From positions 32,001 through 96,000 of the forward strand of contig JBIKUX010000001.1 of assembly GCA_044347345.1 (NCBI GenBank): a stretch of 64,000 nucleotides of DNA, given 5' to 3'. Positions 38,642 to 48,491 of the stretch are shown here, one piece after another; the first letter of the stretch is position 1, and each line of letters starts with the position of its first letter. A program made the translations under genes and the position numbers. The notes below the pieces were generated by a model. It made no database searches and was not told the origin of the DNA. It saw only the letters and a program-made list of their open reading frames with translations. This DNA is from Bdellovibrionota bacterium (GTDB taxonomy: Bacteria > Bdellovibrionota_C > UBA2361 > JBIKUX01).

Positions 38642-39205
38642 ATGGCAATTAAAGCTACAACTATTCGGAAAGGTAAAGTAATTCTTCACAACAATGCTCC
38701 GCAGCGTGTTTTAGAGTTTCAGCATCTCACTCCTGGCAATTTACATGCTTATGTAGCAGTAAAATTACGAAATCTTCTATCAGGCAATCAAACGGAAACA
38801 CGGTTTAATGCCGATGAAAAAATCGAAGAGGCGGATGTTCATGTAACAAAGGCAACTTTTCTTTATCAAGACTCCGAAGGCTATCATTTTATGACTAGCG
38901 AGACATATGAGCAATACGCTGTCTCAGCAGAAATTATGGGAGATGCTGTCTACTATCTTCAAGATGAAATGGAGGTTGGCCTCACTACTTTTAATGGCGA
39001 TCCCATAGGAATTGAGCTTCCTCAAACAGTAATACTGACTATAGCTGATACGGAACCAGAGTTAAGAGGTGCTACGGCTAGTAATTCTCCAAAACCAGCT
39101 AAGACCACAAGTGGTCTTAGCTTATCTGTTCCACCATTTGTAAAAATTGGTGATCGAATAGTAGTTAATACCGAAGAGGGAACTTACGTAAAACGAGCTG
39201 AGTAA
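38642..39205 (+). CDS. efp: Translation elongation factor P (PGNLH loop)
   Basis: FQHLTPGN, FLYQD..YHFM..ETYEQ, TEPELRGATA..SPKPA, VPPFVKIGD.IVVNT..YVKRA. Confidence 0.95.
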   Translation: MAIKATTIRKGKVILHNNAPQRVLEFQHLTPGNLHAYVAVKLRNLLSGNQTETRFNADEKIEEADVHVTKATFLYQDSEGYHFMTSETYEQYAVSAEIMGDAVYYLQDEMEVGLTTFNGDPIGIELPQTVILTIADTEPELRGATASNSPKPAKTTSGLSLSVPPFVKIGDRIVVNTEEGTYVKRAE

Positions 39206-39341
39206 GGCTGTATCAATTAAAGGCGATTAAGGGATGATAACGAGAAAATACTCGCCCAACTTATGCTTTTTAATCAGAGCTGGCCTCTTAGGACTCTCTA
39301 ACCAACGGGAGTCCCTAACCAATTTATATTTCTGCTTTATA

Positions 39342-40682
39342 TTACTGCGAGGCTACCTCTGTCCTATAGAAAGCATTAACTGGAACCGGATAAATAGAAC
39401 CGCTTTCGCTAGCTCTGAATAGAGAGTGATCAACAATTACTAAAAGCTGGCTCCCTAATGATGAAGTGCGTCCAATTTGCACAATCTCACCGGTCATGGC
39501 CAAGCTAATAGGGTCTAAATGGGCTTCAGTCAGTCTCCAATGCATTATGTCACCATCACGTCCAACGGTGAAAACAGAACCATCTTTATCATCAACTGCT
39601 AAATCATATATTAAACTTTTATGAGCTTGAACTTGTGCAATTTTTTTCATGCCTCTTGTTCGCCATACTTCAACTAAGCCGGAAGTTCTCGCTATCCAGA
39701 GAAATTCACCCTGTGGATCTAGAGATGCCTCAACCACACCCCCTTCTGTAGAAGAAGCAGGAGACGGCATGCCGGCAGAAAACTTAGTTGGGGTATCAGT
39801 GAAATACCGACCAGAAAAAATATTGCGGTCATAAATTCCGCCATGTAGGTCAGCATCGTATGTTTGCCATAGATTGAAAGCTCCGCCTAAATCACCCGAA
39901 AAAAAAGCCTTGGCGAATGGATGAAAAATCACAGAACTAACTACACTATTATGGCTTACGTACCTCTCCAAAGTTCGCTTCTTTGCACTGAGCGAGTGTA
40001 CCGCTCGCTCGCGTTTAAAAAGCCACCGATAAATCTTACCATCAGAGGCACCCACTAAAAGAGACTCTTCGTCTGGGCTGAATCCAAGTGCAGTTACCCT
40101 CGCTGATACTGGAGGTAAACGCTGACTAACTTCAAAGTTAACATCACCCTTTCTCGTAAAAAGGTTTACCTCTAACGTAGAAGATACCGCGAGAAATGTA
40201 CCATTAACTGAAAGAGCACAACGGCTGATACTAGAATTTAACTTAGTTATCAAACGAACATCGATATCGTCGTTAAAATTTTCATCCAGATTCCAAATAC
40301 GAATTGAGCCATCTTTATGACACGATAAGATGGTGTTTTTTTTGAGGTGCTTAACATCTGGGGCTTTGTCTTTAAACATCTTCCCACCAGTGATGATGTT
40401 TGTGCTATTTGTGCCTATCCTATCTCTTGGGATAGCCCACAAACTCACTATCTGGCTAAACTCATGGTTGATATGGTTCTTGATAAAGCTCGTATCACGC
40501 TTTATCACTGTATTATCTAAAATCACTGTGTTATCTAAAGAACCTCTATCAAAAATTCTATTTTTTAAGTCATCTGAATCTGCCAAGGAATCTGTGGTGG
40601 CCCAAAAAACCATCTCTGCCAAAAAAGAAGTGGCACAGCACAAAAGCAGGCGAAAAATGGTGTTTTTTACAGATATCCTCAC
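39342..40682 (-). CDS. Exported WD40-repeat beta-propeller protein
   Basis: Signal-peptide-like N-terminus; repeats such as DGSIRIWN, LGFSPD..GASDGKIYRW, HNSVVSSVIFHP, AHKSLIYDLAV..TVGRDGDIMHW. Confidence 0.8.
   Translation of the reverse strand: MRISVKNTIFRLLLCCATSFLAEMVFWATTDSLADSDDLKNRIFDRGSLDNTVILDNTVIKRDTSFIKNHINHEFSQIVSLWAIPRDRIGTNSTNIITGGKMFKDKAPDVKHLKKNTILSCHKDGSIRIWNLDENFNDDIDVRLITKLNSSISRCALSVNGTFLAVSSTLEVNLFTRKGDVNFEVSQRLPPVSARVTALGFSPDEESLLVGASDGKIYRWLFKRERAVHSLSAKKRTLERYVSHNSVVSSVIFHPFAKAFFSGDLGGAFNLWQTYDADLHGGIYDRNIFSGRYFTDTPTKFSAGMPSPASSTEGGVVEASLDPQGEFLWIARTSGLVEVWRTRGMKKIAQVQAHKSLIYDLAVDDKDGSVFTVGRDGDIMHWRLTEAHLDPISLAMTGEIVQIGRTSSLGSQLLVIVDHSLFRASESGSIYPVPVNAFYRTEVASQ
40504..40539. 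repeat. 18-bp tandem duplication in the WD40 gene (LDNTVI x2)
   Basis: atcactgtattatctaaa followed by atcactgtgttatctaaa. Confidence 0.85.
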
Positions 40683-40965
40683 TAAGACATTCCTTCTCTC
40701 AAGTATTCCTTAATCTAAGGCTCACTCGGGTACTTGCCTTTTACTAGGGTGAGGGTATCTTTATGTGACGCTGATTACCAGCGGTTCACATTAGTTATAA
40801 AGATTAATTTTTAGGAAATTATATACTAAGATATTCTGAAGCTTAGCATTCGTAGTCGCGCCAAACAGTAAAATTACATGGGTTATAAATAGACTACAGG
40901 TGGTTTCAGGATAAAACTCTGGTAAAGCTATGGTGAGATTATGAAGACTTAGTGATACACTTAGG

Positions 40966-41256
40966 AAGTAATAAACCCAAGTAAGTAATAAACCCAAGTA
41001 AGTGGTAATCTGACTAAGTAGTAATCCGAGTAAGTGGTAATCCGGGGATAGGTCTTAAAAGGCCTCGTATTTTAGGTACGTACGGTATGTACGCCCCAGA
41101 GACTAAGTAAACAGAGACTAAGTAAGCCCTGCAGAGAGTTTATCCTTGTAGGCTACTAGGTAGTTTTACTAGACCCTGTAGGTTACATAAACTGAGCTAG
41201 ACGCACTCTTCTTAGAGGGAGGTTTTCTTAGAGGACGGGCTTCTTAAAGGACGGGT
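40966..41256. repeat. Cluster of four short tandem repeat tracts in a long intergenic region
   Basis: aagtaataaacccaagt x2 (40966-40999); aagt(g/a)gtaatc(t/c)gnnn x3 (41000-41047); cagagactaagtaa x2 (41097-41125); ttctta(g/a)agg.. 16-mer x3 (41209-41256). Confidence 0.85.
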
Positions 41257-41316
41257 TGCCGTTGGGTAAAGGCCAAATAAAAATCAAAACATACTCTTTT
41301 AAAAAAAGGCTTAGTA

Positions 41317-43329
41317 ATGCAAGAGGAATCAAAAAATCTAAACGAAAACAACGACAGTCACACTGACAAGTCAGAATACTTTTTTCGCCTCACTGGAAGC
41401 GCCGTAGCCTCAGATTTAGCTTCTAAACTCAAACTTACAGAGCCGTTTCCTGTAGGCGAAGAATTCTTTTCTCAATGTTATTCAGGAAGGGATTCAGTTT
41501 TTATCAACCCAAATGAAACAGTATTTCCTGCTCTAATTGGGACTTTTTTAGCCAGTGTCAAGGAACGAGATAGCCGTCGACGAGTCGCTATTGTGGTGGC
41601 TGACACTACCGAACCGGGAGAAATTAGAAATATCTTAAAGAAAGGGGGGTTAACATGTGACCCAGTTACCGACATCGAACTTACAGGTAGCGGTTACACC
41701 GGTGATGTAATTGTTGGAACACCTCAAGAGACTCATTTATTTTTTCAAAGCGAGGCATCAAGAGCTACCGACATCGGCAAAGTTATCATAGTAGGAATTA
41801 CTCCTGAAATGAGAGTAACCCTAGATGCAGTTCTTGAAATCGCCTCAAAAAGAGCCAAAAGACCTCAGTTCATTAGCATGACTTCTAGCCGCTCGAGTGA
41901 GGTAGAGGCTCTCACCGTTAGGTACTTTCAACTTCCGCGAGATTCACTCACTCACGTTCAGTTTGAGCTTGAGGGAGATGTTCTTGCTAAGCCCAATGCT
42001 TTGGCAGCTCTTCTCGAATCTGAGGGAAGATGTCCAACTCTCGTTTTTTGCAACCAGCCATCAGATGCAGATTTTATAGAGGTACTACTCAAAAAAGCTG
42101 GCCTTACAGCCACAAAGCTTATCGGTAATGCTCCAGCTTCAAAGGTTCAGCAAGCTCTAAGCAGAGTCCTTTCAGGACAAACTGTTGCTCTTATAGCGAC
42201 TGATGTAGCAGCTAGACTAATTGACCCTCACGAATTTGAACTAATCGTCAACTATTCGATTCCAAGTGACCCTGAGATATACATTCATAGAACAGAAAGT
42301 TCAGGAACAGGGCAATCCCTCAGAAAAATAGTCAATCTAGTTGGCCCACTTGATAGGGCTAATTTCCATTACATTAAAAAAGTAGTTGAAGCTAACTTCA
42401 TAGAAGGAAATCTTCCTCCCGCAGAAGCTGTCTTGGGAGCCAGAGTTGGACAACTTAGAAAACGTGCTCTTGAAGCTGCTCCTCTCATATCATCAGAACT
42501 TCAAAAAATAGCTGAACTTGTCGATCAAGGTGGAAGCCGTACCGAAATTATAGCTTATCTACTATCTCTTGAGGTGGAGCATTCTGAAACATCTCAACAA
42601 TTCAGAAGCTCAGAAGACGATATATCTCACGACCGTAATCGAGATCGCGACCAACGTAGTGGTAGTGGTGCCGGAGCTGGTCGGCGAGATCGTGACCGCA
42701 ATAGCGGTGGAAGTAATGACCGTGGCAGAGAAGGCAGAGGAGACGGACACAGTCAAAGCCGAGGTCGTGATAGAACCAACCGCCGCCATGATAGTAACGA
42801 CAGAGACAGTAGTGACAGGTTTGATAATTACAGCGACCGAGATCAACTGCGTGGTGAAAGAGGTAGTCAGGCTCGAGACAATGAAGAAAATCAAAAGAAA
42901 CCTGAACCAGTTCCTACCGTTTCTATAGCTCGACTTTATGTTGAATCATCAGGATCATCTAAACTATCTGAAGCTCAACTAAGAGAGGCTATTAATTCTG
43001 TAGACCCAGAACTAAATAAAAACATAATAAGAGTAAGCTCACGCCAAAATTACACCTTTTTAGATGTTCTAGAGTCAACAACAGATAGAATTCAGACTAT
43101 CCTTGAGCAAACTAAATTTGGAAAAAATGAATCTCTGGGAGTACTCAAAGCTTTAAGCCTTTCTGTTCCAACAGACCGTCCTTCAGAAGATAAAGAAGTC
43201 TCTCAATCAAACTCCAATTTAACTGACACTAACAGCGATATCAGCGATAATGATAATAAAGAGGCTCAAGACAGTCAGCCTCAGGGGTCACCCTCTGTAG
43301 TTGATTTTGATGAAATCGCGCATGCCTAA
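41317..43329 (+). CDS. DEAD-box RNA helicase-like protein (DeaD/DbpA architecture) with degenerate ATPase motifs
   Basis: VIVGTP (Ib), LVFCN (IV), IATDVAARLID (V), VNYSIPSDPEIYIHR (VI start); R/D/G-rich linker; DbpA-like C-terminal domain (RLYV...NYTFLDV). No GKT, DEAD or SAT. Confidence 0.85.
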   Translation: MQEESKNLNENNDSHTDKSEYFFRLTGSAVASDLASKLKLTEPFPVGEEFFSQCYSGRDSVFINPNETVFPALIGTFLASVKERDSRRRVAIVVADTTEPGEIRNILKKGGLTCDPVTDIELTGSGYTGDVIVGTPQETHLFFQSEASRATDIGKVIIVGITPEMRVTLDAVLEIASKRAKRPQFISMTSSRSSEVEALTVRYFQLPRDSLTHVQFELEGDVLAKPNALAALLESEGRCPTLVFCNQPSDADFIEVLLKKAGLTATKLIGNAPASKVQQALSRVLSGQTVALIATDVAARLIDPHEFELIVNYSIPSDPEIYIHRTESSGTGQSLRKIVNLVGPLDRANFHYIKKVVEANFIEGNLPPAEAVLGARVGQLRKRALEAAPLISSELQKIAELVDQGGSRTEIIAYLLSLEVEHSETSQQFRSSEDDISHDRNRDRDQRSGSGAGAGRRDRDRNSGGSNDRGREGRGDGHSQSRGRDRTNRRHDSNDRDSSDRFDNYSDRDQLRGERGSQARDNEENQKKPEPVPTVSIARLYVESSGSSKLSEAQLREAINSVDPELNKNIIRVSSRQNYTFLDVLESTTDRIQTILEQTKFGKNESLGVLKALSLSVPTDRPSEDKEVSQSNSNLTDTNSDISDNDNKEAQDSQPQGSPSVVDFDEIAHA

Positions 43330-43340
43330 AAAATAAAAAA

Positions 43341-43403
43341 GATCAAACCGCCTAACTCAATTAAATAACAAAAATAATAACTGAGCTTAGATGCGGTTTG
43401 ATC
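43341..43403 (+). terminator. Inverted repeat after the helicase-like gene, possible terminator
   Basis: gatcaaaccgc-ctaactca ... tgagcttag-at-gcggtttgatc; no strong U tract. Confidence 0.5.
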
Positions 43404-43412
43404 AATTATTAA

Positions 43413-45278
43413 TTGCAAAATATTCAAGCTATAAAACTTTTTGCCTTTCAAGAACTATCCACAAAGTTTGCATTAAAAGTCAAAAATCACTGGTTAGAAA
43501 TCTACAGGAGAATTTTTTTGAGAGGATTAACTAATAATCTATCATTAAAGATATTTTTACTTTCCTGCCTCATTTTAACAGGCACAGTAATACCCATCAT
43601 AAAATATTGTGAGTTACTAAATAATTTTGCTATCAATATCCCGGCTTGGGATGACTTTGATTCTACCCTCAATTTTCTTTTAGATTTTCAGTCCGCTCCT
43701 GATGTCCAAACAAAAGTATCCTTAATTCTCAGTCAGCATAACGAGCATAGGATCATCCTAAATAGGCTTATTTCTTTAGTTCAATATTGGCTCTACGGAT
43801 CGGTAAATTTTAGATGGCAAGTCATTTTTGGAAATGTTGCGCTAATCATTTGGTTTTTGGTAGCATATCGGGTTCTTCGCAGAGTAACTGATTCATCGAA
43901 AACAGAGAATAATTTTCTTCTTCCCTCTTTTCTTCTTTTACCAACATATCCTTTTTTGCTTCAACCTCAATACGGCGACGGTATGCTGTGGTCTTCAACA
44001 GTGATCGGCAGTTTTTGGTCTATTGCACTCGCTATACTAGTTTTGCATCTACTAAAGGTAAAATTTTGGCATGCGTGCTTGTTGATGCCATTAGCTGTAT
44101 TTACTCAAGGTAACGGTGTCGTACTACCTATTTGCGGTGCATGTAGCTTAGCTCTCAGTAAAAGATGGCGCGAGCTAGGGTGGTGGATACTTATAACTAT
44201 CTTTGCGCTTGGCCTATATTTTAACGGCTATAAATCTCCTGTTGGTCATCCTTCGCCAATCAATGCTCTTATGCATCTAGAGCGTACTAGCAGTTACTTT
44301 CTAGCTTTCATAGGCTCTGGTTTAGGATTCAGCAATCTTTTATTATCTCAGATTTACGGTAGCCTAGTTTTAATCATCTTTATCTATTGTTTTATCTTCA
44401 GAGCCGACAAACGAGCCCCGGAGTTATTCTTCACCGTTGTATTTTTACTAGGTACAGCGGGAGTAAACTCTCTTTCACGAGCAGAATTTGGCTCTAGCTA
44501 TGCTATTCACCAAGATAGATACCGTTTTATCTCATGTGCCTTAACGGCCACTACTTATCTTTTAATCATCTCATTACAATCAGCAAAATTACGTAAAGTT
44601 ACCACATTAGTGGTACTACCACTATCAATAGCTTTCTGTTGGAAGAGTTATGACACTTACAGCTGGCGCTTAAGATTATTTCACACCGATTATCTAGTTT
44701 CAGATTTATTTGAATGGTGCTTCGGCGGATCGAAACTAACCTATCCTTGGTCTGATCGCTCTGAGCCTATAATTAATAGGAGTCTACAGTCTGGAATATA
44801 TACAATTCCTGAATCATCACTAAGTGTTCAAGCTGCTAAGCATGAAATAAATATCTCGCTGGTAAAGCCACCAAAACTAGCCACAGCTATAGACCGTGTT
44901 TTTACCACACCTAAATATTTTATCGTGTCAGGATGGGCATATAAGTCTAAGCTTCGCCCAGATAAGAGTACTATTCTTATCGCCATACAATCACCATCAC
45001 AGGCATATCAAAAAGAAGATGTTCAAACGGTTAATCAAATCTTTAAACCCATGCGAGTAATTCGCCCAGACGTAAAAGAACATTTTAAACGTACCTATCA
45101 TGACAAAACTGGCTTTGTAGCTGTTATTCCGAGGCACTTAGTTTTAGCAGACTCAGTGATGCGAGTAATAGTTGCAGACTCTAAAAACTCTGTGGCATCT
45201 ACACTTACTGTAAAACTTAACTCATCAGAACCAGATATCAATAGACCATCTAATCTTAGATGTTTTATTGAAAGCTAA
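43413..45278 (+). CDS. Polytopic membrane protein, probable GT-C-type glycosyltransferase
   Basis: PAWDDFD..QHNEHRI in the first loop, about 10 hydrophobic segments, soluble C-terminal domain (VSGWA...RPDV...TGF). Start uncertain. Confidence 0.6.
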   Translation: MQNIQAIKLFAFQELSTKFALKVKNHWLEIYRRIFLRGLTNNLSLKIFLLSCLILTGTVIPIIKYCELLNNFAINIPAWDDFDSTLNFLLDFQSAPDVQTKVSLILSQHNEHRIILNRLISLVQYWLYGSVNFRWQVIFGNVALIIWFLVAYRVLRRVTDSSKTENNFLLPSFLLLPTYPFLLQPQYGDGMLWSSTVIGSFWSIALAILVLHLLKVKFWHACLLMPLAVFTQGNGVVLPICGACSLALSKRWRELGWWILITIFALGLYFNGYKSPVGHPSPINALMHLERTSSYFLAFIGSGLGFSNLLLSQIYGSLVLIIFIYCFIFRADKRAPELFFTVVFLLGTAGVNSLSRAEFGSSYAIHQDRYRFISCALTATTYLLIISLQSAKLRKVTTLVVLPLSIAFCWKSYDTYSWRLRLFHTDYLVSDLFEWCFGGSKLTYPWSDRSEPIINRSLQSGIYTIPESSLSVQAAKHEINISLVKPPKLATAIDRVFTTPKYFIVSGWAYKSKLRPDKSTILIAIQSPSQAYQKEDVQTVNQIFKPMRVIRPDVKEHFKRTYHDKTGFVAVIPRHLVLADSVMRVIVADSKNSVASTLTVKLNSSEPDINRPSNLRCFIES

Positions 45279-45279
45279 T

Positions 45280-46941
45280 TTAATTAAGTCGCAGTTTCTG
45301 ACCCGCTACTAGTCGTGAATTACTTCCGAGCATATTTAGTGCTTGCAGTTTTTTTAACGGAATCACATTTTTTTTTGCTATCGTTGCCAAGTTATCCCCA
45401 GGACGAACGGTATAATATCTTTTAGAAGTGGTAACTGTTGATTTTTTGTTTGTTGCAGAGGCAGCTTTCTTAGAAGATTTAATTGGAACTCTTAAAACTT
45501 GTCCAACTTTGATTTTTGACTTTACTATTTGATTTGCTTGCATCAGTTCAGCTGGAGATACTTTCAGACGAGTAGCTATCATGGAGAGCGAATCACCTTT
45601 CTTTACTGTATAAATTGTAGAATTTTGACTCCTAGGCGATACATCTTGACGAGTACGGACAGACGGCTCTTCTAAAATATTGGATAGTTGTATATCTGAA
45701 GAAAAATCCCGCAATTCTTTTTTGCTATATGCTACGTTAATTGTAGCGGAAGGAGGAAGCCTAAGATTAAATCCTTTCGGTATAGGATACCTACCCTGCC
45801 ATACTGCCGGCGTTAATGCATAATTAAGAGACTTTAATTCATCTAAGTCTACTGCAAAGCTAGCCACTGCTTCTCTCACTGAGATTGCTCTTGCTATACG
45901 GTGGCTACGATATTGTGCCGGTGCATTTAACCTGATTTCAGGAAAATATTTTCGACGATCACGAAAAACCTCTACAGCAGCTAAAAACTCTGGATAAAAA
46001 TTTCCAGAAGCAAAACCAAAAAAACGCTCTGACGGATGCTCAATTATTGCTGATATATCTATGGTACCTGCCTCTCTTACCTTTCGAGCCACACCTGCTA
46101 CACCATGGTTGTAGGAAGTAATGGCTAATGGCCAGGAGCCAAGTCTTTGATAAGCTGAGCTTAAATATTTTGCGGCAGCATGAGTAGCTACAACTGGATC
46201 TCGACGCTCATCTACTACTCTACCAACATGCATAAAAGAACGCGCGGTAGCTGGCATGAACTGCCAAATTCCTGCAGCTCCCACTGAACTATAGGCCGAG
46301 TAATCAAACGACGATTCAATAAAGGGCAATCGAGTTAAATCGCGCGGTAGTCCGTACTGTGCAAAAATCTCCTCCATCATCGGAAGATATTTACCTGAAC
46401 GTTCAATAGATGCAGCAAACTTATCTCGAATCCCAGTTTGTGATCTGATAAGTCCTTCACTAATGACTCTTTGATACTTAGCTATTCCACTACCACTACC
46501 ACTACCACTACCACCGGGCACACCCTTCATCACCTTAACTATCTGGTGCTGCAACGCTGTCTGAGGTAATTCACCGGAGGCTAAATGCTTAAATGCCCTT
46601 TCAATTTCAGCGGAATGCTCCAAATCAACTTGCTTTTTAACGGCGTAAAACTGAACTTCCCCATATTTCTCTCGCAGAGGAGTAAGATCAACAACCTTAA
46701 ATATTACTTGAGGGAATTCTCGATGATGAAATACCAAATGACCAGCACCATATTTCGTAAAAATGTATTTCCAAAATTCAACACGCGGTCTAAGCCTAGC
46801 TGGAACTGCAAATTGAGTTTCAGCCAAAGCTAGGCTTTTTGGTGAGATTATTTGCACACTCTCAACCAAACAAAGCACGGATATAATAAAAATTAGGCGA
46901 ATAAAAAAGTATTTTGGTAAGTTCATCACAACAATAACCAA
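45280..46941 (-). CDS. Lytic transglycosylase (MltD-like) with C-terminal LysM domains
   Basis: SLT motifs IESSF, AGIWQFMPAT, SYNHG; LysM YTVKKGDSL and YTVRPGDNL. Confidence 0.92.
   Translation of the reverse strand: MVIVVMNLPKYFFIRLIFIISVLCLVESVQIISPKSLALAETQFAVPARLRPRVEFWKYIFTKYGAGHLVFHHREFPQVIFKVVDLTPLREKYGEVQFYAVKKQVDLEHSAEIERAFKHLASGELPQTALQHQIVKVMKGVPGGSGSGSGSGIAKYQRVISEGLIRSQTGIRDKFAASIERSGKYLPMMEEIFAQYGLPRDLTRLPFIESSFDYSAYSSVGAAGIWQFMPATARSFMHVGRVVDERRDPVVATHAAAKYLSSAYQRLGSWPLAITSYNHGVAGVARKVREAGTIDISAIIEHPSERFFGFASGNFYPEFLAAVEVFRDRRKYFPEIRLNAPAQYRSHRIARAISVREAVASFAVDLDELKSLNYALTPAVWQGRYPIPKGFNLRLPPSATINVAYSKKELRDFSSDIQLSNILEEPSVRTRQDVSPRSQNSTIYTVKKGDSLSMIATRLKVSPAELMQANQIVKSKIKVGQVLRVPIKSSKKAASATNKKSTVTTSKRYYTVRPGDNLATIAKKNVIPLKKLQALNMLGSNSRLVAGQKLRLN
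46487..46514. repeat. 6-bp repeat (ccacta)x4+ encoding a GS linker in the transglycosylase
   Basis: Encodes GGSGSGSGSG. Confidence 0.85.
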
Positions 46942-46945
46942 ATGT

Positions 46946-48388
46946 TTAATAGTTTTTGTAAAGAGACTCTATGAACCTCCGCTCTTCCTCAAGAGCACGA
47001 CTACGACTTTTTGTACTATTTTGGATGACAGCAAATACTATTTTTTCACCACTATGTGGTACAAGAGTGCCAGCTAACCCATTAACTCCAGTCAAACTTC
47101 CTGTTTTAGCTCTAAGATGATAAGGGGGAATGCTAAACTTTCTACTAAAAAGGGTTCCCGTCCGTCCTGTAACTGCAAAAGAGCGTTCAAATTCCACGCC
47201 AAACTCTGGGGAAAGTACTGCTGCACGAATAAGATGCGCTAGTAAGCTAGCGGAGAGCCGATTTTCCCTACTGAGTCCCGAACCATCTCGAATCACCACT
47301 TCAGCCTTAAAAGTACTTTTTATAGCCTCATAAATCCTGTCTCGCCCAAGTTCATAATCAAACATTTCAGCCTCTTTCTCTTTTCCGAGAAGATGGACAA
47401 GCTGTTCAGCAATTACATTATTACTGAAAGTGTTCATATCTGCTACGAAAGCAACGAGAGGCTTAGAACGATATTCTTGAAAAAATTTCATTTTAGCAGT
47501 GTCTACCGGACTAGTACTTATTCTGATAGCACTTCTATTTAATTCACCGAAAGGGCGCACCAAGCCGTGTAAAAATCCAACAAGTGTTTGCGCAAAATAT
47601 TCCTCAGGTTGGGGAACGCTCCGATAGATCGTGCGACACTGCGCATTAATACCAATAGCTCCATCAATTCTCACAATACCAGTACCGGCAGGAATATGAA
47701 CACTAATATTATTTCCAGAGCCTGGAACTGTCCGTACTGTACCCTTAATAGTCCGTCCGTATTCTGCCGGCTCAAGTGCTATTTGCGCAAAATTACCCAC
47801 TGACTGCGCTGGGCATACTTCAACCCCCAGTGCATTAAAATTGAGAAGAAGAGAACTTGATCCTGCCTCATAAGCTCTTTCTCCTTTGATGCTAGAACCT
47901 CCTTTGAATCTTGAAGTATCTACTACAATCTCATCAATCTGATTAATACCTCGCCGTCTGAATAAAGAGGCAATAATATATAATGACTCTGATGTTACAT
48001 CTGGAGCCCCTCCTCCTGTAATTACTAATCGACGCAATTGTCCAGACGAAGTTCCTAATTCTCCCTTAAAAAGAGTGCTAACCGAAAAGTCAGGTCCTAG
48101 CTTAGTCAAAGCCGACCAACTCGTAACGAGCTTCATAAGACTAGCCGGAACTAGGAGCTTATTACTACCACTTTCAAAGAGAATTTTACCAGATTGTAAT
48201 CTAAGCACCATTACCCCAGCATCTGATGAAAACCAACTACTACTCGTGTGGCCACCAAGTGAATTATTAAACGACTGAGATTCTGCGAAGGGAATTTTCA
48301 CACCAATTGTGCAAAGTATTAATACAAACCAAAATACCTGAGATTGAACAAATAGCTTTTTTAGCATTGGGCTAAAAGTGATTAACAT
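46946..48388 (-). CDS. dacB: D-Ala-D-Ala carboxypeptidase/endopeptidase PBP4 (peptidase S13)
   Basis: SxxK PASLMKL, SxN FSNN, DGSGLSRENR, KTG AKTGSL. Confidence 0.92.
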   Translation of the reverse strand: MLITFSPMLKKLFVQSQVFWFVLILCTIGVKIPFAESQSFNNSLGGHTSSSWFSSDAGVMVLRLQSGKILFESGSNKLLVPASLMKLVTSWSALTKLGPDFSVSTLFKGELGTSSGQLRRLVITGGGAPDVTSESLYIIASLFRRRGINQIDEIVVDTSRFKGGSSIKGERAYEAGSSSLLLNFNALGVEVCPAQSVGNFAQIALEPAEYGRTIKGTVRTVPGSGNNISVHIPAGTGIVRIDGAIGINAQCRTIYRSVPQPEEYFAQTLVGFLHGLVRPFGELNRSAIRISTSPVDTAKMKFFQEYRSKPLVAFVADMNTFSNNVIAEQLVHLLGKEKEAEMFDYELGRDRIYEAIKSTFKAEVVIRDGSGLSRENRLSASLLAHLIRAAVLSPEFGVEFERSFAVTGRTGTLFSRKFSIPPYHLRAKTGSLTGVNGLAGTLVPHSGEKIVFAVIQNSTKSRSRALEEERRFIESLYKNY

Positions 48389-48491
48389 TTTCAGTACTTA
48401 AAAAGTCATACACAGATTAATTGAACGAAAACATCTCGCCTCATCAAAAACAAGTGGTAATAATACTATAAGATTCTTTTACGAGAAGAAG

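Noticed and set aside
40966-41256. Possible CRISPR or iteron array
   Set aside because: Units are short, heterogeneous and unspaced; no cas or rep gene nearby.
42569-42928. Overlapping Val/Thr-rich ORFs on both strands
   Set aside because: Alternative frames of the low-complexity R/D/G linker of the helicase-like gene.
46946-48388. DacB as another pseudoenzyme
   Set aside because: SxxK, SxN and KTG motifs are all intact.
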